Assembly: GCA_041650615.1 (NCBI GenBank)
Contig: JBAZKU010000001.1
Coordinates: 185,216-249,215, forward strand
DNA: 64,000 bases
Source of the DNA: Minisyncoccota bacterium
Lineage (GTDB): Bacteria > Patescibacteriota > Minisyncoccia > Phycocordibacterales > UBA9973
Direction: 5' to 3'
The notes under the pieces were generated by a model, which was not told where the DNA came from, ran no database searches, and was given only the letters and a program-made list of their open reading frames with translations. A program made the position numbers and the translations under genes. Every line of letters starts with the position of its first letter. Positions within the stretch are counted from its first letter, which is position 1. Below are positions 9,488-18,775 of the stretch, piece by piece.

Positions 9488-9587
9488 GTAAAATTAAGAA
9501 AATAAAAATTTTAAGAGTCGTGGGTTCCCTGTCCTCATGGACTCCGAGGGCGAAGGCTCAAAAATTTTTGATTTTCTTAATTTTACA
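9487..9587. repeat. Structured repeat family D, intergenic copy
   Basis: Core 9520-9552 matches 54232-54263; AT-rich inverted arms run from the MYG1 stop to the obg start. Confidence 0.85.
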
Positions 9588-10479
9588 CCGAAAGTGCTAA
9601 TTCTGCTAATTTAATAGCTCCTTCTTTGGTTTTTGCCACAGCCATAAAAAGCCCTCTGTGGCAAAATACTGCATCAGAAACACCCGTGATTTTTTGCAAC
9701 TCTTCATCTCGCAACCCCGCCCAAGATTCCGGTAAATTCTTTCTATTTTTAAAAGTTTTCGGGTCCTCTCTAACCGCTTTTATCCCCCAAGTATTAGTGG
9801 TTCTCGGATAAATTATAAAAAAGGGCTCAGGAAAATTATTTAGCATATTCTCGTAAGGATAATCTTCGTCTAAAATAATGATTCTTTTATCTTTCGTATT
9901 TTGGTAAATTGATATTACTTTTTCTTCCGCCAAAATAGAATCTTTAGCTTGGATAATCTCTCTCGACAAAATTTCCTTGGCGAAATTTACACATTTTAAA
10001 AACATTTCATCTTTACTTAAGTCAGTTTCGCGCCAAGTCGGACGCATGGCTAAAAAAAAGTGTTGGATAAAATAAGGAGAAATATTATATTTATTTTCCA
10101 CTAAATCAAAACCGTTATCAAAAGCATCCACAGGAGCAACAAGCCGTGTATCTATTAACTTTGCCGCTTTTTTTGATCCAGTTAATTCTTCACCGAACTT
10201 CTTCCAAACTAAGCCAAAAGATGAATATAGGATTCCGATTTCCCCTTTCTCTTTGAAACCTATTTGATGATGGTCAAATCTATTTGTTTTTTCATCATAA
10301 ATTCCGCCCACATCAAAAACATAATCGCCATTCTTTATTATTTCTTCATCGCGCGTGCGGATTATTTCAAGACTTTCACCTTTTTTTTCTAACATTAAAG
10401 AAAGCGCAGCTGCGGCAAAAATATCATCTGCGTGGAAAGAACCATTATGTGTAATTAATTTTTTACTGTTTGTTTCCAT
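9583..10479 (-). CDS. MYG1 family protein (DHH-like)
   Basis: THNGSFHADD, DVGG, FDHHQ and FCH..F motifs. Confidence 0.92.
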   Translation of the reverse strand: METNSKKLITHNGSFHADDIFAAAALSLMLEKKGESLEIIRTRDEEIIKNGDYVFDVGGIYDEKTNRFDHHQIGFKEKGEIGILYSSFGLVWKKFGEELTGSKKAAKLIDTRLVAPVDAFDNGFDLVENKYNISPYFIQHFFLAMRPTWRETDLSKDEMFLKCVNFAKEILSREIIQAKDSILAEEKVISIYQNTKDKRIIILDEDYPYENMLNNFPEPFFIIYPRTTNTWGIKAVREDPKTFKNRKNLPESWAGLRDEELQKITGVSDAVFCHRGLFMAVAKTKEGAIKLAELALSV

Positions 10480-11095
10480 TATTATTGTTATCTATAAAAC
10501 CATTTTTAAAATATTCAAAAATTCTATAAGAAAAAGCAACCAATTTATCAAAAAGTAAAAAGATCACAAGAAAAGCAAATATAGCCATAGAAAACTTGCC
10601 TATCTCTTTACTGAAAGAAAGAGCGGTTTGGCTGAAGAAATATCCTAAACACAAAAGCAGAGGCGCCCAGATAATGGTAGAAAATAATTCCGCTTTTAAA
10701 AAAGTTCTTAAATTAATTTTAAGATACCCAGAAAATACGATAACCCAATAATTTACCGACATTATAAATTTTGAAATAAAAATAGACCAAAATGGCTTTT
10801 GCTTGAACCTGGGCACAAAATAAAGTACTCTTTTTTCAAGATATTTCAAAAAATTACATTGATTATATTTTTTATAAAGAAATACTCCTAGATAATACCC
10901 AAAGAAAGTTTTTACCGCTCCTCCGGCTAAAATAAAAGAAAATGATAACCAAAAATCGAGAATTCCTAAGTGAGACAAGACACCCGCAGTAATAACAATT
11001 ATTTCTCCTTCAAAAATAAGTCCTATAAAAATTATCAAATACGCCAATACTTGATGCTCTCCCACTAACTGATTTAGAACTTGTACCGTGTGCAT
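10463..11095 (-). CDS. DedA family membrane protein
   Basis: Hydrophobic protein with FEGE..I.AG and GY.LG patterns. Confidence 0.8.
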   Translation of the reverse strand: MHTVQVLNQLVGEHQVLAYLIIFIGLIFEGEIIVITAGVLSHLGILDFWLSFSFILAGGAVKTFFGYYLGVFLYKKYNQCNFLKYLEKRVLYFVPRFKQKPFWSIFISKFIMSVNYWVIVFSGYLKINLRTFLKAELFSTIIWAPLLLCLGYFFSQTALSFSKEIGKFSMAIFAFLVIFLLFDKLVAFSYRIFEYFKNGFIDNNNNGNKQ

Positions 11096-11101
11096 AATAT
11101 A

Positions 11102-11554
11102 TTAGAAGAGGCTGTCAACTACCTCTTTCACCATTCCTCCATCTGCCTTACCTTTTAACTCTTTCATCAATGCCTGCATTAACGCACCCTTTTTTGCGGT
11201 GTCATTAATACCTAATTCTGCTTTTTTGCTTTTCGCTATTTTCTCTATTTCGTCTTTTTCCATCAATTTAGGCAAATAAGTTTCCAATATTACCAATTGT
11301 GCTTCTTCTTCTCTCACTAAATCTTCCCGATTGCCCTTTTTAAACTGTTCTATAGAATCTTTTCTTTGTTTGGCAAGACGATTTATTACCACAAGCGTTT
11401 CTTCGTCAGAAAGTAATTCATTTGGTTTGCGGTTTTTTGAAACAAGTTCGTTGGTAAAACCGGAAACCATAGACCGCAAAGTTTCAAGTAAAACAATATT
11501 TTTTGCCAACATCGCCTCTTTTATACTATTTTTTATTCGTTCATGTAAAAGCAT
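11102..11554 (-). CDS. YqeY/GatB domain protein
   Basis: IKEAMLAK, KQRKDSIEQF, LKGKADG; start taken at MLLHER. Confidence 0.9.
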   Translation of the reverse strand: MLLHERIKNSIKEAMLAKNIVLLETLRSMVSGFTNELVSKNRKPNELLSDEETLVVINRLAKQRKDSIEQFKKGNREDLVREEEAQLVILETYLPKLMEKDEIEKIAKSKKAELGINDTAKKGALMQALMKELKGKADGGMVKEVVDSLF

Positions 11555-11590
11555 TGTTCCATTATAACAAAATATGATAAAATAACCAAT

Positions 11591-12316
11591 ATGATTGTAG
11601 AAAAAAAGATCATATTTTTTGATACGGAAACTACGGGCAATACGGAAAAAGATTTTTTGTGCCAAATTGCTTATAAAACGGGCAATGAAAATTTCGTTAG
11701 CCTTTATAAACCTTCAATCAAAGTCCCTCCGGAAACTTCAGCTATACACCATATAACAAATAAAATGTTGGAGGACAAACCTGTTTTCAAAGAAAGCGGT
11801 GATTTTTCAAAAATCAAAGAACTTTTTGAAGATAAAAATTCTGTTATCGTCGCACATAATGCACTTTTTGATTTAATGATTATAAAAAAAGAAGGCATTA
11901 TTCCTGTTAATTTTATTTGCACCCTAAGATTGGCCAGATATTTGGACCCTGAGGAAAAAATAGAAAAATATAATTTGCAATACTTACGATATCTTTTGGA
12001 TATTGAAATAGATGCTACCGCCCATGATGCCCTGGGAGACGTTTTAGTTTTAGAAAAATTATATGAAAGGTTAAAGAAAAAACTGATTGAGCAAGAAAAA
12101 ATAAGTGAAGAAGAAGCGGTGCAAAAAATGATAGAGATTTCTTCCCATCCTTCAATTTTTAAATCCATTAAATTCGGTAAATATAACGGCCGGCAAATAG
12201 AAGAAATAATGAGAGTTGACCGTGGATATCTAGAATGGCTCTTGGCTCAAAAATTGGAAAGCGATCAAATAGATGAGGATTGGATTTATACATTAAAACA
12301 TTACTTAAATAAATAA
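11591..12316 (+). CDS. DEDDh 3'-5' exonuclease (DnaQ/ExoX-like)
   Basis: DTETTG, AHNALFD, AHDALGD; C-terminal FGKYNG..YLEWL. Confidence 0.9.
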   Translation: MIVEKKIIFFDTETTGNTEKDFLCQIAYKTGNENFVSLYKPSIKVPPETSAIHHITNKMLEDKPVFKESGDFSKIKELFEDKNSVIVAHNALFDLMIIKKEGIIPVNFICTLRLARYLDPEEKIEKYNLQYLRYLLDIEIDATAHDALGDVLVLEKLYERLKKKLIEQEKISEEEAVQKMIEISSHPSIFKSIKFGKYNGRQIEEIMRVDRGYLEWLLAQKLESDQIDEDWIYTLKHYLNK

Positions 12317-12317
12317 T

Positions 12318-13367
12318 ATGGAAGCAACTTTAATTTTATTAATTGTAATTATAGTTTTAGTTGGAGGTATTGTTGCCTATTTTTTACTGAGTAAGAAAGA
12401 AAGAAAACCCGAAAATGATACCGGACTTCAGCTTATTCTCCAGCAGTTAAATGAATTATCCAGAACCGTGGATAGTAAGCTTGGAGAATCTCACAAACAA
12501 GTACGGGAAAGCTTGCAATTTCATTCTTCTGAATCAAATAAAATAATAAGAGATGTGACGGAAAGACTTACCAGATTGGATGAGACTAATAAACAAGTTA
12601 TTTCCTTTGCCGACCAATTGCAAAGTTTGGAAAATATTTTAAAAAATCCTAAACAGCGCGGAATATTAGGCGAATACTATCTGGAAACAGTTTTGAAAAA
12701 TGTCCTTCCGCCTGGAAGCTATCAAATGCAATATGAATTTCCAGACAAGACAATTGTGGACGCCGTAGTGTTTGTGAAAGATAAAATTATCCCGATTGAT
12801 TCCAAATTTTCACTGGAAAATTACAATAAAATGGCAGAAGAAAACAACGAGGCGGAAAAGAAAAAATTGGAAACGATTTTTGTAAATGATTTAAAAAACA
12901 GAATTGTGGAAACAGCAAAATATATCCAGCCTTCCAAAGGCACCACTGATTTTGCTTTTATGTTCATTCCGCATGAAGCTATTTATTACGACCTTCTGAC
13001 CAATAAAGTCGGGGTGCTGGAAGAAAATGAAAATCTGATTCAACGCGCTGCCGGAAAATATAAAGTTATCATTACGAGTCCCACTTCTTTTCTTGCCTAT
13101 TTGCAAACTGTTCTTCAAGGATTGAAGGCTTTAAAAATAGAAGAGTCAGCCAAAGAAATAATAAAAAAAGTGGAAGACCTGGGGAAACATTTAAAATCTT
13201 TTGATGAATATTATTTGAAACTTGGTAATGCATTAAGAACTGTTGTAAGTCATTATGATACTTCAGGTAAAGAATTAAAAAAGATAGACAAGGATGTGCT
13301 TCGTATAGCCGGTACTTCGCCGGAACTTTCTACTCTTTCTCTGGAAAAACCAAAACTAGAAGATTAA
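12318..13367 (+). CDS. rmuC: DNA recombination protein RmuC
   Basis: N-terminal TM helix, RGILGE, PIDSKF and FAFMFIPHE motifs. Confidence 0.92.
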   Translation: MEATLILLIVIIVLVGGIVAYFLLSKKERKPENDTGLQLILQQLNELSRTVDSKLGESHKQVRESLQFHSSESNKIIRDVTERLTRLDETNKQVISFADQLQSLENILKNPKQRGILGEYYLETVLKNVLPPGSYQMQYEFPDKTIVDAVVFVKDKIIPIDSKFSLENYNKMAEENNEAEKKKLETIFVNDLKNRIVETAKYIQPSKGTTDFAFMFIPHEAIYYDLLTNKVGVLEENENLIQRAAGKYKVIITSPTSFLAYLQTVLQGLKALKIEESAKEIIKKVEDLGKHLKSFDEYYLKLGNALRTVVSHYDTSGKELKKIDKDVLRIAGTSPELSTLSLEKPKLED

Positions 13368-13375
13368 AAGAGTTT

Positions 13376-13412
13376 ACCCCCACACTTACTTTAGTGAGTA
13401 AGTTGTGGGGGT
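13376..13412. terminator. Hairpin after rmuC (probable terminator)
   Basis: ACCCCCACACTTACT..AGTAAGTTGTGGGGGT followed by T tract. Confidence 0.6.
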
Positions 13413-13426
13413 TTTCCACAGTTTAG

Positions 13427-13454
13427 TTGACAAACATACATAATGGTATATAAT
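13427..13454 (+). promoter_or_regulatory. Sigma70-type promoter
   Basis: TTGACA-N16-TATAAT. Confidence 0.75.
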
Positions 13455-13509
13455 ATTGACGAATTCACTATTCTTTGTTATTGTATCTTTTTCATAAAAG
13501 GAGTTCTTT

Positions 13510-13644
13510 ATGAATGTAAATGGAAAAAGTTATAAATCAAATCTTGAACGTTCTCGTGAAAACAAACAACGACTACGAAAGAAAAATAAGCCTAATAAAT
13601 CATTACATCGGCTTGCTAATAGAAATAAAGTTAATAATTCATAA
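13510..13644 (+). CDS. Basic 44-aa microprotein (not in ORF track)
   Basis: SD AAAGGAG; MNVNGKSYKSNLERSRENKQRLRKKNK... Confidence 0.55.
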   Translation: MNVNGKSYKSNLERSRENKQRLRKKNKPNKSLHRLANRNKVNNS

Positions 13645-13722
13645 ACATCTTCTTCTTGATAAATACATATATTTTAAAATCAACTAATTCACTTTTTTAC
13701 CATTAATTATACGAGGTCCACT

Positions 13723-13842
13723 ATGTGTATCCCTGTTAATCTCCGAAATAAAAAACGAAAAATGGAACAACACAGAAAAGAAAGACGAACGCAGAAATTG
13801 GCAGAAAAAGCAGCGAAAAATGGAAAAAGGAAGAGAATCTAG
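13723..13842 (+). CDS. Basic 39-aa microprotein (not in ORF track)
   Basis: SD GAGGT; MCIPVNLRNKKRKMEQHRKERRTQKLAEK...; terminator-like hairpin at about 13874-13909. Confidence 0.55.
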   Translation: MCIPVNLRNKKRKMEQHRKERRTQKLAEKAAKNGKRKRI

Positions 13843-13943
13843 GAACGTTTTAAAAATCAATTTTATTTTAAAGAAAAACGCATTCCATAAAATCGGTGAT
13901 GCGTTTTTTCATTTTTTATCCAAAAATGTTATATTTTCCACAT

Positions 13944-14015
13944 GGCCCTATCGTCTAACGGCTAGGACGTATCCTTCTCAAGGATAAAATCAGAGTCCGA
14001 TTCTCTGTAGGGTCA
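13944..14015 (+). tRNA. tRNA-Glu(CTC)
   Basis: GGCCCTA..TAGGGTC-A; anticodon arm TATCC-TTCTCAA-GGATA. Confidence 0.92.
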
Positions 14016-14180
14016 CAAAACGCGCAAAGCAAATAAACTGCTTTATTTGCGGGCGATTTGTGAAGGCACAGGCATAATTTTTGAGTACAAAAATTGCCGA
14101 GCCGGGGTCGCGAACACTTACGTATTTTATGATGGTGAGCTTGCCGAATCAGAAATAAAATACTTAGTGATTTGTGACCA
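14016..14180 (+). repeat. Multi-hairpin element downstream of tRNA-Glu(CTC)
   Basis: CCGAGCCGGGGTCGCGAA..ATTTGTGACC module shared with the element downstream of tRNA-Glu(TTC); nested TGAGCTTGCCGAA hairpin at 14130-14151. Confidence 0.75.
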
Positions 14181-14227
14181 CATAAACTTAGAATGCGAAG
14201 CATATCAATTTTTGTTATAATTTAAAC

Positions 14228-14800
14228 ATGAAAAACGCCATACTTTTACATGGAAGTTCTTCTACCCCAAATTCTTTTTGGCTACCTTCTATTAAAAAAT
14301 TTTTAGAAGAAAAGGGTTATAGCGTTTGGGCTCCTCAACTTCCATTTCCGGAAGCACCTGATTTAAAAAATCAACTACCTTTTATTTTAAACAATGCAAC
14401 TTTTAATAACGAAACTATAATCATTGGCCACTCTTCTGGTTGCCCATTAATTTTGAGTATTTTAGAAAAGATAAATGTAAAAATTAATAAAGCAATTTTA
14501 GTTGCAGGTTTTGCAAGACTGCTTAGAAAAATGGAAGATAATTCTTTAAAAAAATTAGAGAAAGATGCAGAACCAATATTGCAGAAAACTTATGATTGGG
14601 AAAAAATTAAAAACAATGTTCAAGATATTGTTTTTATAAATTCAGAAAACGATCCATGGGGATGTAATGACAATGAAGGGAAATACATGCAGGAACACTT
14701 GGGAGGAAAACTTATAATAAACAAAGAAGGTCATATGGGGTCAGAAAAATTCAATCAACCATACAAGAATTTTCCACTTCTCGAACAATTATTGTCTTAA
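14228..14800 (+). CDS. RBBP9/YdeN-type alpha/beta hydrolase
   Basis: LLHG, GHSSG nucleophile elbow, NDPW and GH. Confidence 0.88.
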   Translation: MKNAILLHGSSSTPNSFWLPSIKKFLEEKGYSVWAPQLPFPEAPDLKNQLPFILNNATFNNETIIIGHSSGCPLILSILEKINVKINKAILVAGFARLLRKMEDNSLKKLEKDAEPILQKTYDWEKIKNNVQDIVFINSENDPWGCNDNEGKYMQEHLGGKLIINKEGHMGSEKFNQPYKNFPLLEQLLS

Positions 14801-14860
14801 ACCCCTTTATTTGATTAAAAATCAGGCTCCAATCTCAATGTTTTAATAGCCCCTAAATAC

Positions 14861-14888
14861 TTGACATTTTCGTCAAAAGGTGTATACT
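14861..14888 (+). promoter_or_regulatory. Sigma70-type promoter
   Basis: TTGACA-N16-TATACT. Confidence 0.75.
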
Positions 14889-14948
14889 TATAGTATAAAA
14901 TTGTCCTTTTGATAAAAAAATAATAAATAACCAAGAAAGGAGTTTCTT

Positions 14949-15083
14949 ATGTTGGAAACAATAGGAAAATTCTTACTAGACGTAACTATTGTATTGGCCA
15001 TATTGTTTGTGTTGTATGGAGCCTTCATTGTGTACAAAAGCTGGCCGGAAATTCAGTATCAATGGAGAAGGCTTTGGGAATAA
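14949..15083 (+). CDS. 44-aa single-TM microprotein (not in ORF track)
   Basis: SD AAAGGAG; MLETIGKFLLDVTIVLAILFVLYGAFIVYKSWPEIQYQWRRLWE. Confidence 0.65.
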   Translation: MLETIGKFLLDVTIVLAILFVLYGAFIVYKSWPEIQYQWRRLWE

Positions 15084-15124
15084 TTAATACACATACTGAT
15101 AACAAAAGAAACAGGAGATCACCA

Positions 15125-15289
15125 ATGGAATATATAACTAGTTCCCCGAACTTTAAAAAGTCCAAAAAGAATTATGTAATGGGTTATGAACTATCCAGCA
15201 GGACAAAAAGAATTTTACTTTCTTTGTTTACTGCAATAGTTATCGTAATCATTGGGACAATCTTTAGTATTGTCCTTAATGTTCATTAA
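15125..15289 (+). CDS. 54-aa single-TM microprotein
   Basis: SD AGGAG before MEYITSS; C-terminal hydrophobic helix; hairpin at 15348-15370 follows. Confidence 0.55.
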   Translation: MEYITSSPNFKKSKKNYVMGYELSSRTKRILLSLFTAIVIVIIGTIFSIVLNVH

Positions 15290-15378
15290 ATTTTCTTCAG
15301 TAACAAACCCCCACTTCAAAATCCCACCTTTCACTTGGCGCGGCTCTCAAGGCGCAGATCATCAAGATCTGCGCTTTT

Positions 15379-16713
15379 TTATTTCTTCTCCAACCACTCC
15401 TTATCTTGGCGAACGAGAAGCTCTGATTTTTTTTCTTTGTCAAAAAGTACAGCTTCTACTGCCCGTTCCATGCGCATACCCTGCGAACCTTTAATAAGTA
15501 TAAAATCATTTTTTTGAATAAAGGTTTTCAAGAACTCCCCTGCTTCCCGCGAATTTAAAAATTCAAAAATACCCGCCTTGACTCGCGAAGACTCATCAAC
15601 GCGAGGCAGGTTTTTTTTATTCATTCCTGCTTCCATTGCGCCTTCTTTTATTTTTTCTGCCCGAGGACCAACTGTAATAAGTATGTCAGCATTCTCTTTT
15701 GCAATTTTGCCAATATTTTTATGAGCTTCTTCCGTATGACGACCAAGTTCCAACATGTCACCTAAGACAGCGATTTTTCTCCCCGAACTTTTTAATTCTC
15801 CTAAAGTTTTAAGCGCAAATTCGCAAGCAAAAGGAGAAGAATTATAAGAATCATCTATTATTAAAGAATCATTTACTCCCTTCAAAAGGCGCATACGTCC
15901 AGGCGGAACATTGTAATTTTTAAGTTTATTAATGGCTGTCAACGTGTTTAATTTTAAACCGGAAGAAAGCGCAAGCGCTCCAAGAGATGCGTAAATGTGA
16001 TTTTTGCCGAATACTCCTTCAATAATAACCGGCAAACTGTTTCCTTCTTCATCTATTCTAAAAGTTAAACCTTCCGGTATTCCCTCTCTATTATATAAAA
16101 TACTGTCGCTTGAGCCTTTTATATCGGAACCTTCCTTAAAACCAAAAGTCACAATGCGATTCTTTGTTTTTTCCCTCATTTCAGAAACTATCTCATCGTC
16201 ATTATTTAATATTAAAAGTCCGTCTTTTTTAAGAGTTTTTATGAGTCCACTTTTTTCTTCTACAAGATGTTTGCGCGAATCAAAAAATTCAATATGTACG
16301 GGAGTTTCCCCTATGGCCGTAATTATAACCGCATCAGTTCTAAGCCATGAAGCAGTAGAACGCATATCGCCTGGTTTTCCGATACCTACTTCAAGCACCA
16401 ACCACTTGGGATATTTATGAGGCCAAATAAAAAGCCAAAACCCTTTTAAAATATTTGAAATCCATGTAAGGGGATTATTCCATCCGTTGGGAACACCTAA
16501 AATAGTGAGAGGTAATCCTATTTCACTGTTATAACTTTTTTCACTTTTACGAACATAGGAAATACCGGAAATCACGGCGAAAACCGCATCTTTCGTGGAA
16601 GTCTTGCCGACCGATCCCGTGATAGCAATAATCTTAGGCTTATACTTCCAAAGTACCAGTCGTGATTCTATTCTTAAAATATAAACTAAAGGTTTTTTGA
16701 TTGCAGTTCTCAT
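15379..16713 (-). CDS. murF: UDP-MurNAc-tripeptide:D-Ala-D-Ala ligase with an in-frame insertion
   Basis: ITGSVGKTSTK, DDSYNSSP, LGDMLELG and KGSQGMRME. Confidence 0.95.
   Translation of the reverse strand: MRTAIKKPLVYILRIESRLVLWKYKPKIIAITGSVGKTSTKDAVFAVISGISYVRKSEKSYNSEIGLPLTILGVPNGWNNPLTWISNILKGFWLFIWPHKYPKWLVLEVGIGKPGDMRSTASWLRTDAVIITAIGETPVHIEFFDSRKHLVEEKSGLIKTLKKDGLLILNNDDEIVSEMREKTKNRIVTFGFKEGSDIKGSSDSILYNREGIPEGLTFRIDEEGNSLPVIIEGVFGKNHIYASLGALALSSGLKLNTLTAINKLKNYNVPPGRMRLLKGVNDSLIIDDSYNSSPFACEFALKTLGELKSSGRKIAVLGDMLELGRHTEEAHKNIGKIAKENADILITVGPRAEKIKEGAMEAGMNKKNLPRVDESSRVKAGIFEFLNSREAGEFLKTFIQKNDFILIKGSQGMRMERAVEAVLFDKEKKSELLVRQDKEWLEKK
15572..15610. repeat. Family B palindromic element with expanded loop in murF
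   Basis: CCCGCCTTGACTC-[16 nt]-GCGAGGCAGG, 39 bp; encodes LPRVDESSRVKAG. Confidence 0.85.
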
Positions 16714-16719
16714 TAAATT

Positions 16720-18441
16720 TTACCGATCCGGCGGAATTTCGTAATAATTAATCAAAAAGTTGGTAATATTTAAAAAATAATCTCCCCATGTTTGAATCGC
16801 ATAAAGTACGCCTTTGGGATTAACTGCATAAAGAAAAACAATGAATTCTGGATCATAAGCGGGGAAATATCCGACAAAGGAATGAATATGCCTATCTTCA
16901 TAATAACCTCCATTTACACTATCTGCAACTTGAGCGGTTCCTGTTTTTGCCGCCACGCTATAGTGCTCCAACTTCCCATTGGTCCCAAGATTTTTATCCA
17001 TAGCGTTCACCAGCATGCGAGTAATCTCTTCCGCGGTTAACTTGGATATTTTCGTGGGCGTCATACTATATGCTATATCTTTCTCTGTGCCATCATCATA
17101 TTTTATCCCTTTGACGATATGCGGAACAACCAAATTTCCACTATTTGAAAGTGAGGCCAGCGCCCGCACCAATTCAATCGGAGTTAAGGCAATACCTTGA
17201 CCAAAAGCAGCATTGGCATATTCAATTTCGCGAGGGCTATTTATTATATTGGAAACCAATCCGCTCGTTTCGTTCGGTAAATCAATCCCGGTCTTATCCT
17301 TAATGCCATAAGAAAGTAAATAATCTCTTACTTTTTCCTTGCCTAATTTTTGTTCCACAAAAACCATTCCGGTATTAAGGGACTGAGTTAAAACATCCTG
17401 CATTGTCGTACCCGGGCCTCTCCCCTTTTTATCAAAATTAAATATTTGATGTTTTTCAACTGTAACCTCCCCTTTGTCATTATATGTCGTAGCCGCTGTC
17501 ACTACTCCCGCATCCAGCGCTCCTGCCATAACCAAAGGTTTTACGACAGATCCAAATTCATATACATTTTCTACAAAGGGATTGGAAAAAATAGAGACGG
17601 TTTCAACTTGGGAAAAATTATTAAGGTCAAAATCGGGCTTGCTGCTAAGCGCATAAATGGAACCATCAGTGGGATTCATAATTATTCCCCCAACGGAATC
17701 AACTTGATATTTTGTTTTCACATTCTCCAATGTTTTTTCTAAAAAATTTTGCACTGTCGGTTCAATGGTCGTTACCACATCTCCTTCTTTTGATTTATCG
17801 CTAAATAATGTTTTATTTATATCAGAAAAAACTTCAGCAAAAAAATTTATATAAGGATTATCCTTATTTCTGGAAAGTTCATCATTATATTGTCTTTCTA
17901 AACCATAGCGACCACCGAGATCATTTCCTTTATAGGCTACAAAACCGAGCGATTGCGAAGCAAGACTGCCGCCAGGATAAAAACGCCATTTCTCTTTATA
18001 AATAGACAGGCCGGGGATTTTTAAAAGAGACACCGCATCAGCTTCCTCTTTTGTCAGACGATTTGCTATTTCTTCATAAGGGTCGTTTTCTTTTCCCGCC
18101 TGCGTTAAAAATTTATCATGGTCAATGGTTATTATTTTTGACAACTCCTGATAAACCGATTCTTTGTCAGTAATTTTAGCGGGATTAATGGCTATTTTGA
18201 ATCCGGTGGTTTGCATAGCCGCGGAAACAAGCTGGCCGTCTTTGCGTGAAAAATAAATAGTTCCGCGTTCAAAGATATTAGATGATGGCGTGGAATACTG
18301 CCTATCCGCTTGCTCGGAATAATCATCGCTATGTACGACTTGCACCAAAAAAAGCTTGCTTATTAAAATTAAGGCAAAAATTGAGATGCAAAAGAAAACA
18401 ATTCTGGTTCTAAAAAGAAAATTATATTTCATTTTTAGCAA
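16720..18441 (-). CDS. ftsI: Class B penicillin-binding protein (FtsI/PBP2 type)
   Basis: SVVK, SLN and KTGTAQ motifs; dcw context. Confidence 0.88.
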   Translation of the reverse strand: MLKMKYNFLFRTRIVFFCISIFALILISKLFLVQVVHSDDYSEQADRQYSTPSSNIFERGTIYFSRKDGQLVSAAMQTTGFKIAINPAKITDKESVYQELSKIITIDHDKFLTQAGKENDPYEEIANRLTKEEADAVSLLKIPGLSIYKEKWRFYPGGSLASQSLGFVAYKGNDLGGRYGLERQYNDELSRNKDNPYINFFAEVFSDINKTLFSDKSKEGDVVTTIEPTVQNFLEKTLENVKTKYQVDSVGGIIMNPTDGSIYALSSKPDFDLNNFSQVETVSIFSNPFVENVYEFGSVVKPLVMAGALDAGVVTAATTYNDKGEVTVEKHQIFNFDKKGRGPGTTMQDVLTQSLNTGMVFVEQKLGKEKVRDYLLSYGIKDKTGIDLPNETSGLVSNIINSPREIEYANAAFGQGIALTPIELVRALASLSNSGNLVVPHIVKGIKYDDGTEKDIAYSMTPTKISKLTAEEITRMLVNAMDKNLGTNGKLEHYSVAAKTGTAQVADSVNGGYYEDRHIHSFVGYFPAYDPEFIVFLYAVNPKGVLYAIQTWGDYFLNITNFLINYYEIPPDR

Positions 18442-18775
18442 TATCTATACTGCCAAGAGCTTTGCGAGTTACGAATGTTGCCTTTATTTCTTTGAAACCG
18501 AGAGAATAAGCTAGGTTAAGGTCAACTTTTTGAGACAAAGAAAGATATTCTTGTTCCAAATTCCCTACTTCGTTTGATAAGGTAAGAGCATATCCTTCTA
18601 AAGTTTTGCGCTCTACAATATTAAAAACCATACTTGCCAAAAAGAAAAAATACAAAAGCGCTATAACAAAAAGCGTCCCAAGCATGACATTTAAAACTCG
18701 CCTGTTTAAATTACCATTATCAATGATATTTACATTACTTGCATAATTTTTTAGTTTTAAACTTGCTTGTCTCAT
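18422..18775 (-). CDS. FtsL-like membrane/coiled-coil protein
   Basis: Lies between rsmH and ftsI; TM helix, coiled coil and A..LGF ending. Confidence 0.6.
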   Translation of the reverse strand: MRQASLKLKNYASNVNIIDNGNLNRRVLNVMLGTLFVIALLYFFFLASMVFNIVERKTLEGYALTLSNEVGNLEQEYLSLSQKVDLNLAYSLGFKEIKATFVTRKALGSIDIAKNEI

